64,000 nt of DNA from assembly GCA_964498325.1 (NCBI GenBank), contig CAZCHF010000001.1:127225-191224 (forward strand), in the 5' to 3' direction. The notes beneath the pieces were generated by a model that saw only the letters and a list, made by a program, of their open reading frames with translations, had not been told where the DNA came from and did not search any database. Source of the stretch: an uncultured Candidatus Kuenenia sp. GTDB lineage: Bacteria; Planctomycetota; Planctomycetia; Pirellulales; UBA1268. The position numbers were made by a program, and so were the translations under genes. Below, one piece after another: positions 1 through 8,857 of this stretch. Each line of letters opens with the position of its first letter. The first letter of the stretch is position 1.

Positions 1-1
1 C

Positions 2-751
2 ATCGCCTACGGCGTGATCGGTTTCTGCGCGGGAGCACGGCCGCAGTCGGAAGAAGATTTCGAAACCCAACATCCGGGGCCGGCCTTCATCCGCGAGGCC
101 CAGCGACTCGGCGTTGCCGATCTCAATGACCCAAACAATGCCGGATACATCCCAGCCTACGACGTGCAGATCGCGGGACTTCACCCGGAAAAAAAGGTCG
201 AACACGGCCAGCGTGCGGCGCGGTGGGCCCTGAACAAGATTTATGACCGGAAAGCCCAGTGGCAAGAAGCGAAGCTGCTTTCCGTGACCACCGAAGGAGA
301 CGAGATGATTCTCACCTTCGACGTCCGTGTGCATCGCGACGACTCGGGGACGATCATCGAAGGGTTCGCGCTCGCGGGCGAGGACGGCAAGTTTTACAAG
401 GCATACGCCCGTAACTCGACCAAAGGCGATTTTTGGACCGCCGCCAAGACCATCCATGTGTGGAGTCCACTCGTCCCCGAGCCCGTCGCCCTGCGGTATG
501 CCTGGGGACATTCCCCGATGGGCAACCTCAAGGTTGTGGGCCACCAGGACATGCCGCTTCCTGAGTTCCGCACCGATTCCTGGGATCTGACCGAAAGCGA
601 AGACCTTACTGACAAAGGTCTTTCGAAAGAGTTTTTCAAACAATGGAACGACGACGGAAAAGCCCGCCTCGAATACCGCCGCACCGAAGAAGCCAAACGC
701 GCGCTCGAAATCATGAAACGCCTCGAGACCCTCGGAAAGCCGAAGCCATGA
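2..751 (+). CDS. Sialate O-acetylesterase-like (SGNH/SASA) protein, C-terminal part; 5' end lies outside the window
   Basis: Frame open from position 2. It has the LHPxKK block-V-like motif and the C-terminal P-V-A-L-R-Y-A-W...FRTD-S-W signature typical of long sialate O-acetylesterases. Confidence 0.72.
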   Translation: MAYGVIGFCAGARPQSEEDFETQHPGPAFIREAQRLGVADLNDPNNAGYIPAYDVQIAGLHPEKKVEHGQRAARWALNKIYDRKAQWQEAKLLSVTTEGDEMILTFDVRVHRDDSGTIIEGFALAGEDGKFYKAYARNSTKGDFWTAAKTIHVWSPLVPEPVALRYAWGHSPMGNLKVVGHQDMPLPEFRTDSWDLTESEDLTDKGLSKEFFKQWNDDGKARLEYRRTEEAKRALEIMKRLETLGKPKP

Positions 752-807
752 CCAATCCTGTCCTCTCTCCGTCCTCCTGTCCGTCGAACCCTCGCAAAGA
801 AACCATC

Positions 808-3042
808 ATGAAACAGCAACGCTTGATCGCCGCCGCCCTTTGCGCCGTCGTGCTCATCTCGGGATACGCGCATGCCGCGGATCTCAAAAAGGGGGCCGAG
901 CCCGCCGCGACTCTGACCGAAGCCGGCCAGGCCCTGGAGGCGAAATACTCGGCCATGCAGACCGCCCTCAAGGCGGAGATCGAGGCGGCGCTGCCCAAGC
1001 TCGACGACGCGAAACTCGCTGCATGGCGGCAGGCCATCCAAGCGGAGGAGGGACCGGAGAAGGAAGCTGTCGCCACCGCGAAAGAAGTTGCGAAGTTGCA
1101 GGGAGCGGAAGACCGGCTCCGGCAGTTGGAAGAGAAGCTGAAATACGGCCCTCAAACACTCGAGGACGCGCAGGCCGATCTGACGCGGGCCAGGGCACGC
1201 GGTGAAGAGGATCCGGAACGAGCAAAATTGCTGCAGAGCGCAGAGAGTTTCCTCGCAAGCCGGCAGAAGGACGTCGATCAACTCAAGGTCTCAATCGAGG
1301 AGGCCAAGCAGGAAGTCAAGGCTGCCAAAGTCAAACTGCCCTCCGCCATCCAAGCCGCGGCGGCCGCCCAGCAGGCTTACCAAGATGCATTGGCTGCCAC
1401 CTGGCAGGCGATGGATGCGCTGGGCGTCAATGGCACCCTGTCTTCGAGCGCGCTCGATTCCAAGCTGGCCAAGTATGTGATCCTCAAAGACGCGACCCCG
1501 CGTGGTCTAGCGGAGTTCGCCCAGCAGAGCTCGGAGCATGAGAAGCTCGTCGAGCAGCTCTTCGCCAACGATGCTTTGATGATCCAGATGCTCGTCGCCG
1601 ACGGCGCGCCCGGCGGCAAATACGGCCAGGCCATGAAGATCTACACAGATATCCAGAAGGCCAGCCCCAAGGCAAAAGAGGGCATCTTCCAACGGCTCGC
1701 CATGGCGGTCAGCCTCGCTCACGCGGTGCCTGTGCTGAAGCGGGATGTATCTTCGGGGGATGTGGTCAAAGTCACCGAAGAAATGAAAAAGGACGCTTCC
1801 TTGTTCATCGATCCGGTGCAGCGGTATTTGAGCTACGAGAAATGGTACGAAGCCGGCGAGCTCCAGCAGGGGTTCAAGGATCTCAGTGTCTGGAATCTGA
1901 TCAGGGTCGTGGATACGGCCGATCCCGATGAGATGCTGGCGTGGGCTCGCCAGATGCTTCACACCCTGCGGCCGGATTGCATTCCGAACGACGGCGACAC
2001 CTTGGTGTTCGTGAATATTGTCGACAAGGAGATTGCATACGGCACCGGTGGCGTGAAGGACGATCTTCCTGAGCGGCACTTCATGCAAAACATCCTGGCC
2101 AATGGCGGGATCTGCGGCCGCCGCGGGTTCTTTGGCCGATTCGTCCTTCAGGCGTTCGGCGTGCCGAGCACGGAACGGGTGGAGCCCGGTCATTCCACCA
2201 TCACGCTCTGGCATCCAAGCGGATGGCAAACCAGACTCGGCGGCAATTGGGGCAAGTCCAAGCGCGGTTTTTATTCAAAAATGGGGGGTGGTGGCGGAGG
2301 CTATGGTGCGGATGTCAATTTCCTGACAAGCAGCCAGGCCCGTGAAGATGAAACCGCCTACATGAAGGTCAAGCGAGCCCAGTGGATCGCCTCCCTCATG
2401 GGTGAGCCTTGGAAGCCGGGCCTCATTACCTACAGCGGCAAGACCACAGGCCCCGCGCCGCTCAAAAAGGGTGAGGTGGCGAAGCCCTCCACCTGGAGTG
2501 ATCTGGCATTGCATGAGCAGCGCCGCATCATCGCGCAAATGGAGGCTTCGAAAACGAAGGCCTCCACGACTTCATCCGTCGCCAAGACGGAACCATGCGC
2601 CACGGGACAGGTGACCGTCGATGCCAAAGGCGTCATTACGATTCCCTCGGCCGCGTGCAGCAGCCCGACCGAAAGCAAGAGGAGCCTCTACAAGGGCGGG
2701 CAATCCGATCTGATCGTGTTCATCGAGAACAAGAAGGGCGACACGCTGCTCCATCTCTCGCGCTACGCGAAGGAAGGGGACGCATTTGAATACACCTTCG
2801 ACGCGCCGAAGGCCGGCACCTACCGGCTCGTCGCAGACATCGCGGTGCCCAAACCCAACCAGAAGCTTTTTGCCATCGCCAATGGAGGCTCGGCCGTTGA
2901 AATGGCCCTGCCGTACACGATCGGCCTCTGGGGCAAGACTGACCCGGTGGCCATCGATCTGAAAGCCGGCAAGAACGTTTTGAAATTCCATGGGCCTGCC
3001 CGTGCGACGTTCGGACAGTTCACGCTGACACCCGTGAACTGA
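808..3042 (+). CDS. Secreted hypothetical protein: signal peptide, Ala/Glu/Lys coiled coil, putative transglutaminase-like Cys-His core, C-terminal CBM6/35-like beta-sandwich
   Basis: Start moved to ATG 808 (MKQQRLIAAALCAVVLISGYAHA, signal-like). Internal GGICGRR...FGVP...GH...W..SGW. C-terminal FEYTFDAPKAGTYRL...IDLKAGKNVLKF pattern. Confidence 0.65.
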   Translation: MKQQRLIAAALCAVVLISGYAHAADLKKGAEPAATLTEAGQALEAKYSAMQTALKAEIEAALPKLDDAKLAAWRQAIQAEEGPEKEAVATAKEVAKLQGAEDRLRQLEEKLKYGPQTLEDAQADLTRARARGEEDPERAKLLQSAESFLASRQKDVDQLKVSIEEAKQEVKAAKVKLPSAIQAAAAAQQAYQDALAATWQAMDALGVNGTLSSSALDSKLAKYVILKDATPRGLAEFAQQSSEHEKLVEQLFANDALMIQMLVADGAPGGKYGQAMKIYTDIQKASPKAKEGIFQRLAMAVSLAHAVPVLKRDVSSGDVVKVTEEMKKDASLFIDPVQRYLSYEKWYEAGELQQGFKDLSVWNLIRVVDTADPDEMLAWARQMLHTLRPDCIPNDGDTLVFVNIVDKEIAYGTGGVKDDLPERHFMQNILANGGICGRRGFFGRFVLQAFGVPSTERVEPGHSTITLWHPSGWQTRLGGNWGKSKRGFYSKMGGGGGGYGADVNFLTSSQAREDETAYMKVKRAQWIASLMGEPWKPGLITYSGKTTGPAPLKKGEVAKPSTWSDLALHEQRRIIAQMEASKTKASTTSSVAKTEPCATGQVTVDAKGVITIPSAACSSPTESKRSLYKGGQSDLIVFIENKKGDTLLHLSRYAKEGDAFEYTFDAPKAGTYRLVADIAVPKPNQKLFAIANGGSAVEMALPYTIGLWGKTDPVAIDLKAGKNVLKFHGPARATFGQFTLTPVN

Positions 3043-3065
3043 ACCCCATCCATCCATTCCGGATC

Positions 3066-4646
3066 ATGAAAATGAAATCTGCTCTTGTCGCCATCATGGC
3101 GCTTGGGTGTTCCTTGTCGGCTTTCGCCGCAGAGAACCCCAAGCCCATGAAGGTCTTTGTCTTCGCGGGCCAATCCAACATGACGGGGATGGCTCGCACC
3201 CACACTCTGGAGCACATCAAAATGTCTCCAGAGACCGCCAAGGAATTTGCAGACATCTTCGACAAAGACGGCAAACCGGTGACCCTCGACGCCGTCTACG
3301 TCTCCCAATGGATGGGCAAGGAGAGCGGAAGCCTTGCACCCAAGTATGGCGGTGGCAAAGGGGATGCATTCGGCCCTGAATACTCCTGTGGAATCTACCT
3401 CCACAAGCAACTGCAGGAGCCGATCTTGATCATCAAGACCTCGCTCGGCGGATCTTCCCTCAGTTACCGGTACCGCTCACCGAGTTCCGGCACCTGGACG
3501 CCACCTCCGGGACACCCCGATTTGATCAAGGACGAGAAGGTCGAGGCGAAGGCACCGCCCATCGCCATTCCTGAAAAGATCGACCTTGCGGACGATTGGA
3601 CACCGGAGAAACCCCATGCCCTCCGCAGGAAATACCTCGGCATCACCGATTTCCGAGGCGCAGAGATCGGCAAGGTCGGCGACGTCTACCCGATCTATCT
3701 GCTCACGGACCCGAAGGTGAAACTCGAGGGAAATCCCTTTCAAAAAGGGGACCTCATCCTCGGTGTGGATGGTGTCGGCCTCGGTGAGTCTCCCGTCGAT
3801 CAATGGCGTGCCGCGTTTCATGGCTCCAAGACGCTCGACGGCGACTGGATGATGAAAGTCACCCGGTGGCGCGCGGGCAAGATCGAGACTTTTGATTTCG
3901 ATCTCTGCGACACCCTCGAGGGCGGACGGGCCAGTCTCCCGAAACACCTGGAGACCATGAAGCAGGAGGCAGTCGCGTATGAAGAGAAACGGGGCTTCTT
4001 GTACCGCGACATGATCGCCCACGTGAAGACCGTGCTCAGCGATGTGAAGAAACACCATCCCGCCTACGATCCCGCAGCAGGCTACGAACTGGCCGGCTTC
4101 GTCTGGTTCCAAGGATGGAACGACATGATCGATGGCAGCACCTATCCGAACCGCGACAAACCAGGCGGCTACGATCAATACACCTGGCTCTTGGAAAACC
4201 TCATCCGCGATTTGCGCAAGGACCTCGACGCCCCGAACATGCCGGCCGTGATCGGCGTGATGGGCATCGGCGGATTGAACGTGGAAGGCAACATCGGCAA
4301 CTTCCAGAAGGCCCAGGCCGTGGTTGCAGAGAAGCCGGAGTTCAAAGGCAACGTCATCGCGGTCCAAACCGGAAAGTACTGGGACCATGATCTCGCCGCC
4401 CTTGCCGCAAAGTCCCATGAGGTCAACCAACACATGAACGTGCTCAAACACGAGCAAGGCCTCGAAGGTGATGCCCTCAAGAAGGCCTTCGCCGAGTACC
4501 GGGCCAAGCACATCACGCCGCAGGAAGAGCAGATCCTCAAGGTCGGAGTCTCAGACGGCGACTTCCACTACCTAGGCTCCGCCAAAATCATGTGCGGCAT
4601 CGGCAGGGGATTCGGCGAGGCCTTGATCCAAGCAATTAAGAAGTAG
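3066..4646 (+). CDS. Secreted SGNH-family carbohydrate acetylesterase (SASA domain) with an internal PDZ-like insertion
   Basis: Signal peptide; AGQSNM (block I), FVWFQGWND (block III), DGDFHY (block V). Insert of about 160 aa containing GDLILGVDG. Confidence 0.8.
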   Translation: MKMKSALVAIMALGCSLSAFAAENPKPMKVFVFAGQSNMTGMARTHTLEHIKMSPETAKEFADIFDKDGKPVTLDAVYVSQWMGKESGSLAPKYGGGKGDAFGPEYSCGIYLHKQLQEPILIIKTSLGGSSLSYRYRSPSSGTWTPPPGHPDLIKDEKVEAKAPPIAIPEKIDLADDWTPEKPHALRRKYLGITDFRGAEIGKVGDVYPIYLLTDPKVKLEGNPFQKGDLILGVDGVGLGESPVDQWRAAFHGSKTLDGDWMMKVTRWRAGKIETFDFDLCDTLEGGRASLPKHLETMKQEAVAYEEKRGFLYRDMIAHVKTVLSDVKKHHPAYDPAAGYELAGFVWFQGWNDMIDGSTYPNRDKPGGYDQYTWLLENLIRDLRKDLDAPNMPAVIGVMGIGGLNVEGNIGNFQKAQAVVAEKPEFKGNVIAVQTGKYWDHDLAALAAKSHEVNQHMNVLKHEQGLEGDALKKAFAEYRAKHITPQEEQILKVGVSDGDFHYLGSAKIMCGIGRGFGEALIQAIKK

Positions 4647-4875
4647 GCGACATGAGGGTCGAGGAGCAGGGTGCCTCCCCCCAGGCCGCGCGACCGGCAT
4701 GCTCCGAAAGCACCTCACGGGAACCGGCTGCGTGACAGCACGCTGGCAGGCTGATTGAGCCCTTATCGCCCGCCTCTCTTCAGGAGCGCGAGAACTCGCT
4801 CCGGGCCGCCTGCCTGGCCCTAATCGTCCACGCGGCGGAATCCAACTTTCGTTTCTCGCGGCCAAAAAAGGCCTG

Positions 4876-4904
4876 TTGCAGACCGATTTTTCAGAGGCTA
4901 AACT
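4876..4904 (+). promoter_or_regulatory. Putative sigma70 promoter of the DUF1559 gene
   Basis: TTGCAG (4876-4881), 17-bp spacer, TAAACT (4899-4904). Confidence 0.5.
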
Positions 4905-4916
4905 CCCCTCATCGCT

Positions 4917-4935
4917 ATTGAGGCTCAGTCTCATT
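4917..4935. promoter_or_regulatory. 7-1-7 inverted repeat, candidate repressor operator (Fur-box-like geometry)
   Basis: ATTGAGGCT-C-AGTCTCATT; core TGAGGCT/AGTCTCA has one mismatch; lies just downstream of the predicted -10. Confidence 0.45.
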
Positions 4936-4977
4936 TACGGCCAGTTCCCCTTCTGTTTTCGGAGCGAAGGATCACCC

Positions 4978-6081
4978 ATGTCCGCAGCAGTGCGTATCCG
5001 TCGAGCGTTCACGTTGATCGAGCTTCTCGTCGTGATGGTGATCATCGCCACGTTGCTCGGCCTCCTGATTCCTGGCATCAATGCCGCCCGCGAGGCCTCC
5101 CGCGGAAGTGCGTCGCGGAACAACCTCCGGCAGATCGGCGTGGCCTTCAACGTGCATGAGGGCGCGCTTTCGTATTACCCATCGAGTTGGCTCCCCTCCC
5201 AGTCGCAGACCGGTACGACCACCGACGGCTGGTCGGTCCACGTGCAACTGCTCCCCTACCTCGAGCAGAAGGCCATCTACACGGAGATCGACCTCAAGCG
5301 GCACTACAACGACTACGTCAACGACGACTCCCTCCGCGTCGAAGCGGCCGACGGCACTCTGACGAAGCTCAGCGCGATGCGAGTGCCGACCTTCATCTCG
5401 CCCGCCGAACCGCGCGACGAAAACCGGGAAGGCAAGCATTATCCATTCAACTATGCGGTGAACTTGGGAACGGGTTTCGTGTGGGATCCGGCAACAGGCT
5501 CGGGCGGCGACGGCGCCGCCTACCCCAACAGCAAGCTCAAGTCGAGCGCGTTTGCCGATGGGCTCGGCACCACGTTGTGCATGGCTGAAGTCAAAGCCTG
5601 GCAGCCCTACTATCGCAACAAGGGACTGGCCGCGACGAACCTTGCCACGCTCCAGGCATTTGATGCCGGTGCCCGCACCAATGAGGCTGCGGCGGCGCAG
5701 GTTTGCACATGGGCCGGCGCCAGTGCTTCGGAGTTCAAGTCGAACAGTGGTCACACCGAGTGGGTCGATGGCCGGGCCCACCAGATCGGCTTCACGTCGA
5801 TCTTTCGCCCCAACGCGAAGGTCAAATGCACCGAAAGTGGTGTCACGTATGACGTCGACTGGACCAACTGGCAAGAAGGTAAAGACCTGCGGGCTACCAC
5901 TCCGGCAACGACCCCGACGTTCGCTGCCGTCACCGCACGGAGCTACTTTCCGGGTGTCGTCAATGTGGTGTTCATGGACGGCTCGGTGCGGGCAATTCAG
6001 GATGCCATCGATCTCGGAGTGTGGCGGGCCGTCTCGTCTCGTGCCGGAAACGAAAAGATGCCCGAGAGTTTCGGAAAGTGA
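4978..6081 (+). CDS. DUF1559 family protein with prepilin-type N-terminal cleavage/methylation motif
   Basis: RRAFTLIELLVVMVIIATLLGLLIPGINAAREA...NNLRQIG; C-terminal SYFPGVVNVVFMDGSV (H-X9-DG variant). Confidence 0.9.
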   Translation: MSAAVRIRRAFTLIELLVVMVIIATLLGLLIPGINAAREASRGSASRNNLRQIGVAFNVHEGALSYYPSSWLPSQSQTGTTTDGWSVHVQLLPYLEQKAIYTEIDLKRHYNDYVNDDSLRVEAADGTLTKLSAMRVPTFISPAEPRDENREGKHYPFNYAVNLGTGFVWDPATGSGGDGAAYPNSKLKSSAFADGLGTTLCMAEVKAWQPYYRNKGLAATNLATLQAFDAGARTNEAAAAQVCTWAGASASEFKSNSGHTEWVDGRAHQIGFTSIFRPNAKVKCTESGVTYDVDWTNWQEGKDLRATTPATTPTFAAVTARSYFPGVVNVVFMDGSVRAIQDAIDLGVWRAVSSRAGNEKMPESFGK

Positions 6082-6098
6082 TTCTTGCGAGCACCACC

Positions 6099-6767
6099 AT
6101 GATGGCAACCGAAGAGGATTCGATCCTCGACTTGCGGAACGCTGCCCGACTTTTGTTTGACGTGCAGGCGCCGACGCCGGAACAGCTCAATCATGTTCGC
6201 GTCTTGCTGATGCGGGGCAGGCTTCCGAGAAGCGCCCAGGGTGGCTGGACCACGACCATGGCGGCCGTGACAAACCTGCTGGCCAAGCGGTCGCTCCGTG
6301 GTCGGTTGCCCGCTGACGCGCCGCCCTCGGTCGTTGCGAGCAGGGCGCTCGACAGCATGTCTTTCGCGCATCGAGAAGAGCTCCCGCCGCTCTACCGAGA
6401 TTTGTTGCGCCAATACTTCGGGGCGGTCTTGTTGCGACGGCAAGCAAGCAGGGGCACGGTGTTCTTCGAGCGGGCCGTCATGGCCGGGCAATGCCTCGTG
6501 ATCGTGCTGATCCTGGGCTTGGTCGTGCTCGCGGTCAGCCCTGCACTGGCCCCACGGCCGCACGAGCAGGTCTTGGTGGAGCGGTTCATCGCCGGCGAAA
6601 ACGAGCGCTACGAGATCTTGAAGTGGATTCCACTCGAAGGCTCGGCCGACACCCAGCGGCTGCGGGTGCTGTTTCGCTACTACGCCCCGAGCGGCAAGCC
6701 GATCGAAACCGATCGGATCTACACCGTCTGCGGCGAACACGTCGCTCCGGAAACCGACAGCGACTGA
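6099..6767 (+). CDS. Hypothetical membrane protein, possible N-terminal MerR/Xis-like HTH, one TM helix, small C-terminal domain
   Basis: ATG 6099 follows the DUF1559 stop; hydrophobic segment CLVIVLILGLVVLAVSPAL. Confidence 0.6.
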   Translation: MMATEEDSILDLRNAARLLFDVQAPTPEQLNHVRVLLMRGRLPRSAQGGWTTTMAAVTNLLAKRSLRGRLPADAPPSVVASRALDSMSFAHREELPPLYRDLLRQYFGAVLLRRQASRGTVFFERAVMAGQCLVIVLILGLVVLAVSPALAPRPHEQVLVERFIAGENERYEILKWIPLEGSADTQRLRVLFRYYAPSGKPIETDRIYTVCGEHVAPETDSD

Positions 6768-6768
6768 A

Positions 6769-6790
6769 TCGCGGCCGATTGGGGCCGCGA
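6769..6790 (+). terminator. GC-rich hairpin immediately after the stop codon (no U-tract)
   Basis: TCGCGGCC-GATTGG-GGCCGCGA, perfect 8-bp stem. Confidence 0.35.
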
Positions 6791-6791
6791 C

Positions 6792-6820
6792 CTGCCAAGT
6801 GACTCGTTCGCTGGTATCCT
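6792..6820 (+). promoter_or_regulatory. Putative extended -10 sigma70 promoter for the large TPR/ExbBD cluster
   Basis: CTGCCA (6792-6797), 17-bp spacer, TATCCT (6815-6820) preceded by TG at 6812-6813. Confidence 0.42.
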
Positions 6821-6852
6821 GACGGATTCACGTCAACCCGCGGAGCGTTTTC

Positions 6853-6972
6853 ATGCTGCGTCGTGCCTTCCTTCCGCTTGCGCCCGTCGCCGCGATCGCT
6901 TTGCCCTGCTTGGCACAGAACAAGACCCCACGGGCCAAGGGCCTGGCGTCTCCGGCTCGCGCAAATCCCTAG
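6853..6972 (+). CDS. Candidate 39-aa small ORF resembling a Tat/Sec signal peptide (not in the ORF track)
   Basis: GGAG at 6842-6845; MLRRAFLPLAPVAAIALPCLAQNKTPRAKGLASPARANP*. Confidence 0.3.
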   Translation: MLRRAFLPLAPVAAIALPCLAQNKTPRAKGLASPARANP

Positions 6973-6997
6973 TCCCCACGAAATGCAGGTGCCTTGT

Positions 6998-8725
6998 ATG
7001 CGCCGATGGTTCGCTTTGACTTGCCCGCTGGTCGTTGGTGCGATCCTCACGGCTGTTTCTGGCAGTGCCTTTGGACAGAGCGAGGTATCGTTCCCCGCGG
7101 CTGACTTCGCCAAGCTCGACACGTTCGAGAGCCTGAACCTCGAAGATGCCGACAAGCTCTTCGCGAAGGGCGACTACAAAGGCGCGTTCGCCGCCTACAA
7201 GGCCCACTCGACCGAGTTCACGAAGAGCGCGGCCCTCCCCTACGTGCTTCTCCGCATAGGCCGCTGCCTCCACAAACTCGAGAAGCGAAATGCCGCGATC
7301 CAGGCCTACCAGGAAGTGATCGACTATTTTCCAGATGATGTGGCCTATGCCGCGGCGGCCCTTTACTACATCGGCGAGTGCCACGGCCAAAACGGCGAGG
7401 AATCCAAGCAGACCGCCGCCTGGGCCAAGCTCGCCAAGGACGACGATTACGTGAACCAGCCCCTCTCGGGCACGGCACTCACGTTTTTGGCGTCTCGAAT
7501 GGCCAAGCTCGGCGAGTTCGAAGAGGCCGCCGAGTACCAGTGGCGAACAGCGATCGCTTTTTTGAAATCGAATCCCAAGGCGGCTGCCGAAGGTCGCGAC
7601 GCGGTGATCCAGCACTACGTCGTCCGCAATCCGAATCATGAGAAGCTCGCGGAGTTTTACGTCGCTGTCGGAGGCTTCGACGGCCGCGGTCACAAGATCA
7701 CTGATCCCGAAAAGGATGATCGCTACTGGTCCACCGCTCTGAACGTGGCCAGCAAGGCATCCGGTGAGGCGAAGCCGAAAGCCTGCAGTTACTGGGCCGC
7801 GAAGTTCGGAGACCGGTTTCCAGAGAACGACGGTCTCCGCAAGCTCGCGAGCGACGTCCAGCTCAGTGCCGACGGGAACGAGGAAGCCTGGCGGGCTCGC
7901 CTCGAAAAACAGTTTACCCGAACGCCGGCGACGCTCGACCGAGTCCTCACGTGGTGTGACTGGTACCGGGGAAACCCGGCCGCAGCGAACGAATTTTTCT
8001 CGAAGCACGGCCGGCCGCTGGCTTCAGGCGTCACCGAGATCGCCCAACGGGTGAACCTCGTCGAACGACTCCATCGGCTCGGTCTCAAAGAGGAATCGGT
8101 CGCCGTGCTGCGGTCGACGAAGCTCGAAGGCCTGTCGGACAAGGAACTTGTCGCACTCGCAGGAGTGGCTGCGTTGTCAGAGCCCGAGGAAGGCGTGATG
8201 CGATATTACGCTCGAATCAAGGATCCACTCGTGGCCGCGAAAGGGCGATTCGACTACTACAACGCCCGCACCCACAGGAACCAGCCATTCATGGAGAAGG
8301 CGCTCGCTGAAATAGCCACCCTTGAAAAGTCAACGACGTTTGCCGGTGCCGATCTCTCCTGGGCGAAGGCCGATCTCTTGCGCGGACTGGGCCGTCATGA
8401 AGAAGCAATCAAGGTCTATCGCCAAGTGAATCGGCAGCCCGATTCCACCTGGGCGATCGCAGACTGCCTTGTCGCGCTCAAGATGTATCCCGAGGCCATC
8501 AAGACGGTGGGCGAACTCGAGGCGGTGGGGGGTGATGTCGCTCCGCAAACCGTGCTGAAGGCGGCCAACATCTACAGGGCCGCCGGAGACAAAGGTGGGG
8601 AGGTCAAACAACTCCGCGCCGTTCTCAAGCGATACCCCAAAAGCCGCCAGTCCAGCGAGGCACACAATCGGCTCGAGGCCTACGGCGTTCCCCTCGTCGG
8701 AGGGGAATCGGAAGCCGAGGATTGA
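6998..8725 (+). CDS. Secreted tetratricopeptide-repeat protein (BamD/CpoB-like TPR style)
   Basis: Signal peptide MRRWFALTCPLVVGAILTAVSGSAFG; TPR motifs at both ends (AIQAYQEVIDYFPDD..AALYYIGECH; LRAVLKRYPKSRQSSEA). Confidence 0.85.
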   Translation: MRRWFALTCPLVVGAILTAVSGSAFGQSEVSFPAADFAKLDTFESLNLEDADKLFAKGDYKGAFAAYKAHSTEFTKSAALPYVLLRIGRCLHKLEKRNAAIQAYQEVIDYFPDDVAYAAAALYYIGECHGQNGEESKQTAAWAKLAKDDDYVNQPLSGTALTFLASRMAKLGEFEEAAEYQWRTAIAFLKSNPKAAAEGRDAVIQHYVVRNPNHEKLAEFYVAVGGFDGRGHKITDPEKDDRYWSTALNVASKASGEAKPKACSYWAAKFGDRFPENDGLRKLASDVQLSADGNEEAWRARLEKQFTRTPATLDRVLTWCDWYRGNPAAANEFFSKHGRPLASGVTEIAQRVNLVERLHRLGLKEESVAVLRSTKLEGLSDKELVALAGVAALSEPEEGVMRYYARIKDPLVAAKGRFDYYNARTHRNQPFMEKALAEIATLEKSTTFAGADLSWAKADLLRGLGRHEEAIKVYRQVNRQPDSTWAIADCLVALKMYPEAIKTVGELEAVGGDVAPQTVLKAANIYRAAGDKGGEVKQLRAVLKRYPKSRQSSEAHNRLEAYGVPLVGGESEAED

Positions 8726-8857
8726 AACCAACGCTATACGAACCATCCCGCGTTGTCTTCGTTCGACGGGCCACGAGCGAATGCCCAACCGCTGCACTCA
8801 GTTCGAGCGGGAACTACCATAGAGACTTCTCATCTTTCCCTCAGCAGGCCAAGCCTC

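Noticed and set aside
643-807. ORF-track N-terminal extension of the second gene (also 6863-6997, 8753-8857, 29305-29463, 32238-32447)
   Set aside because: They overlap upstream genes or precede clear signal peptides or homologous starts.
4647-4860. Intergenic hairpins as a riboswitch or ncRNA
   Set aside because: Only short GC stems; no recognisable cobalamin, TPP or SAM consensus. An Rfam scan would be decisive.
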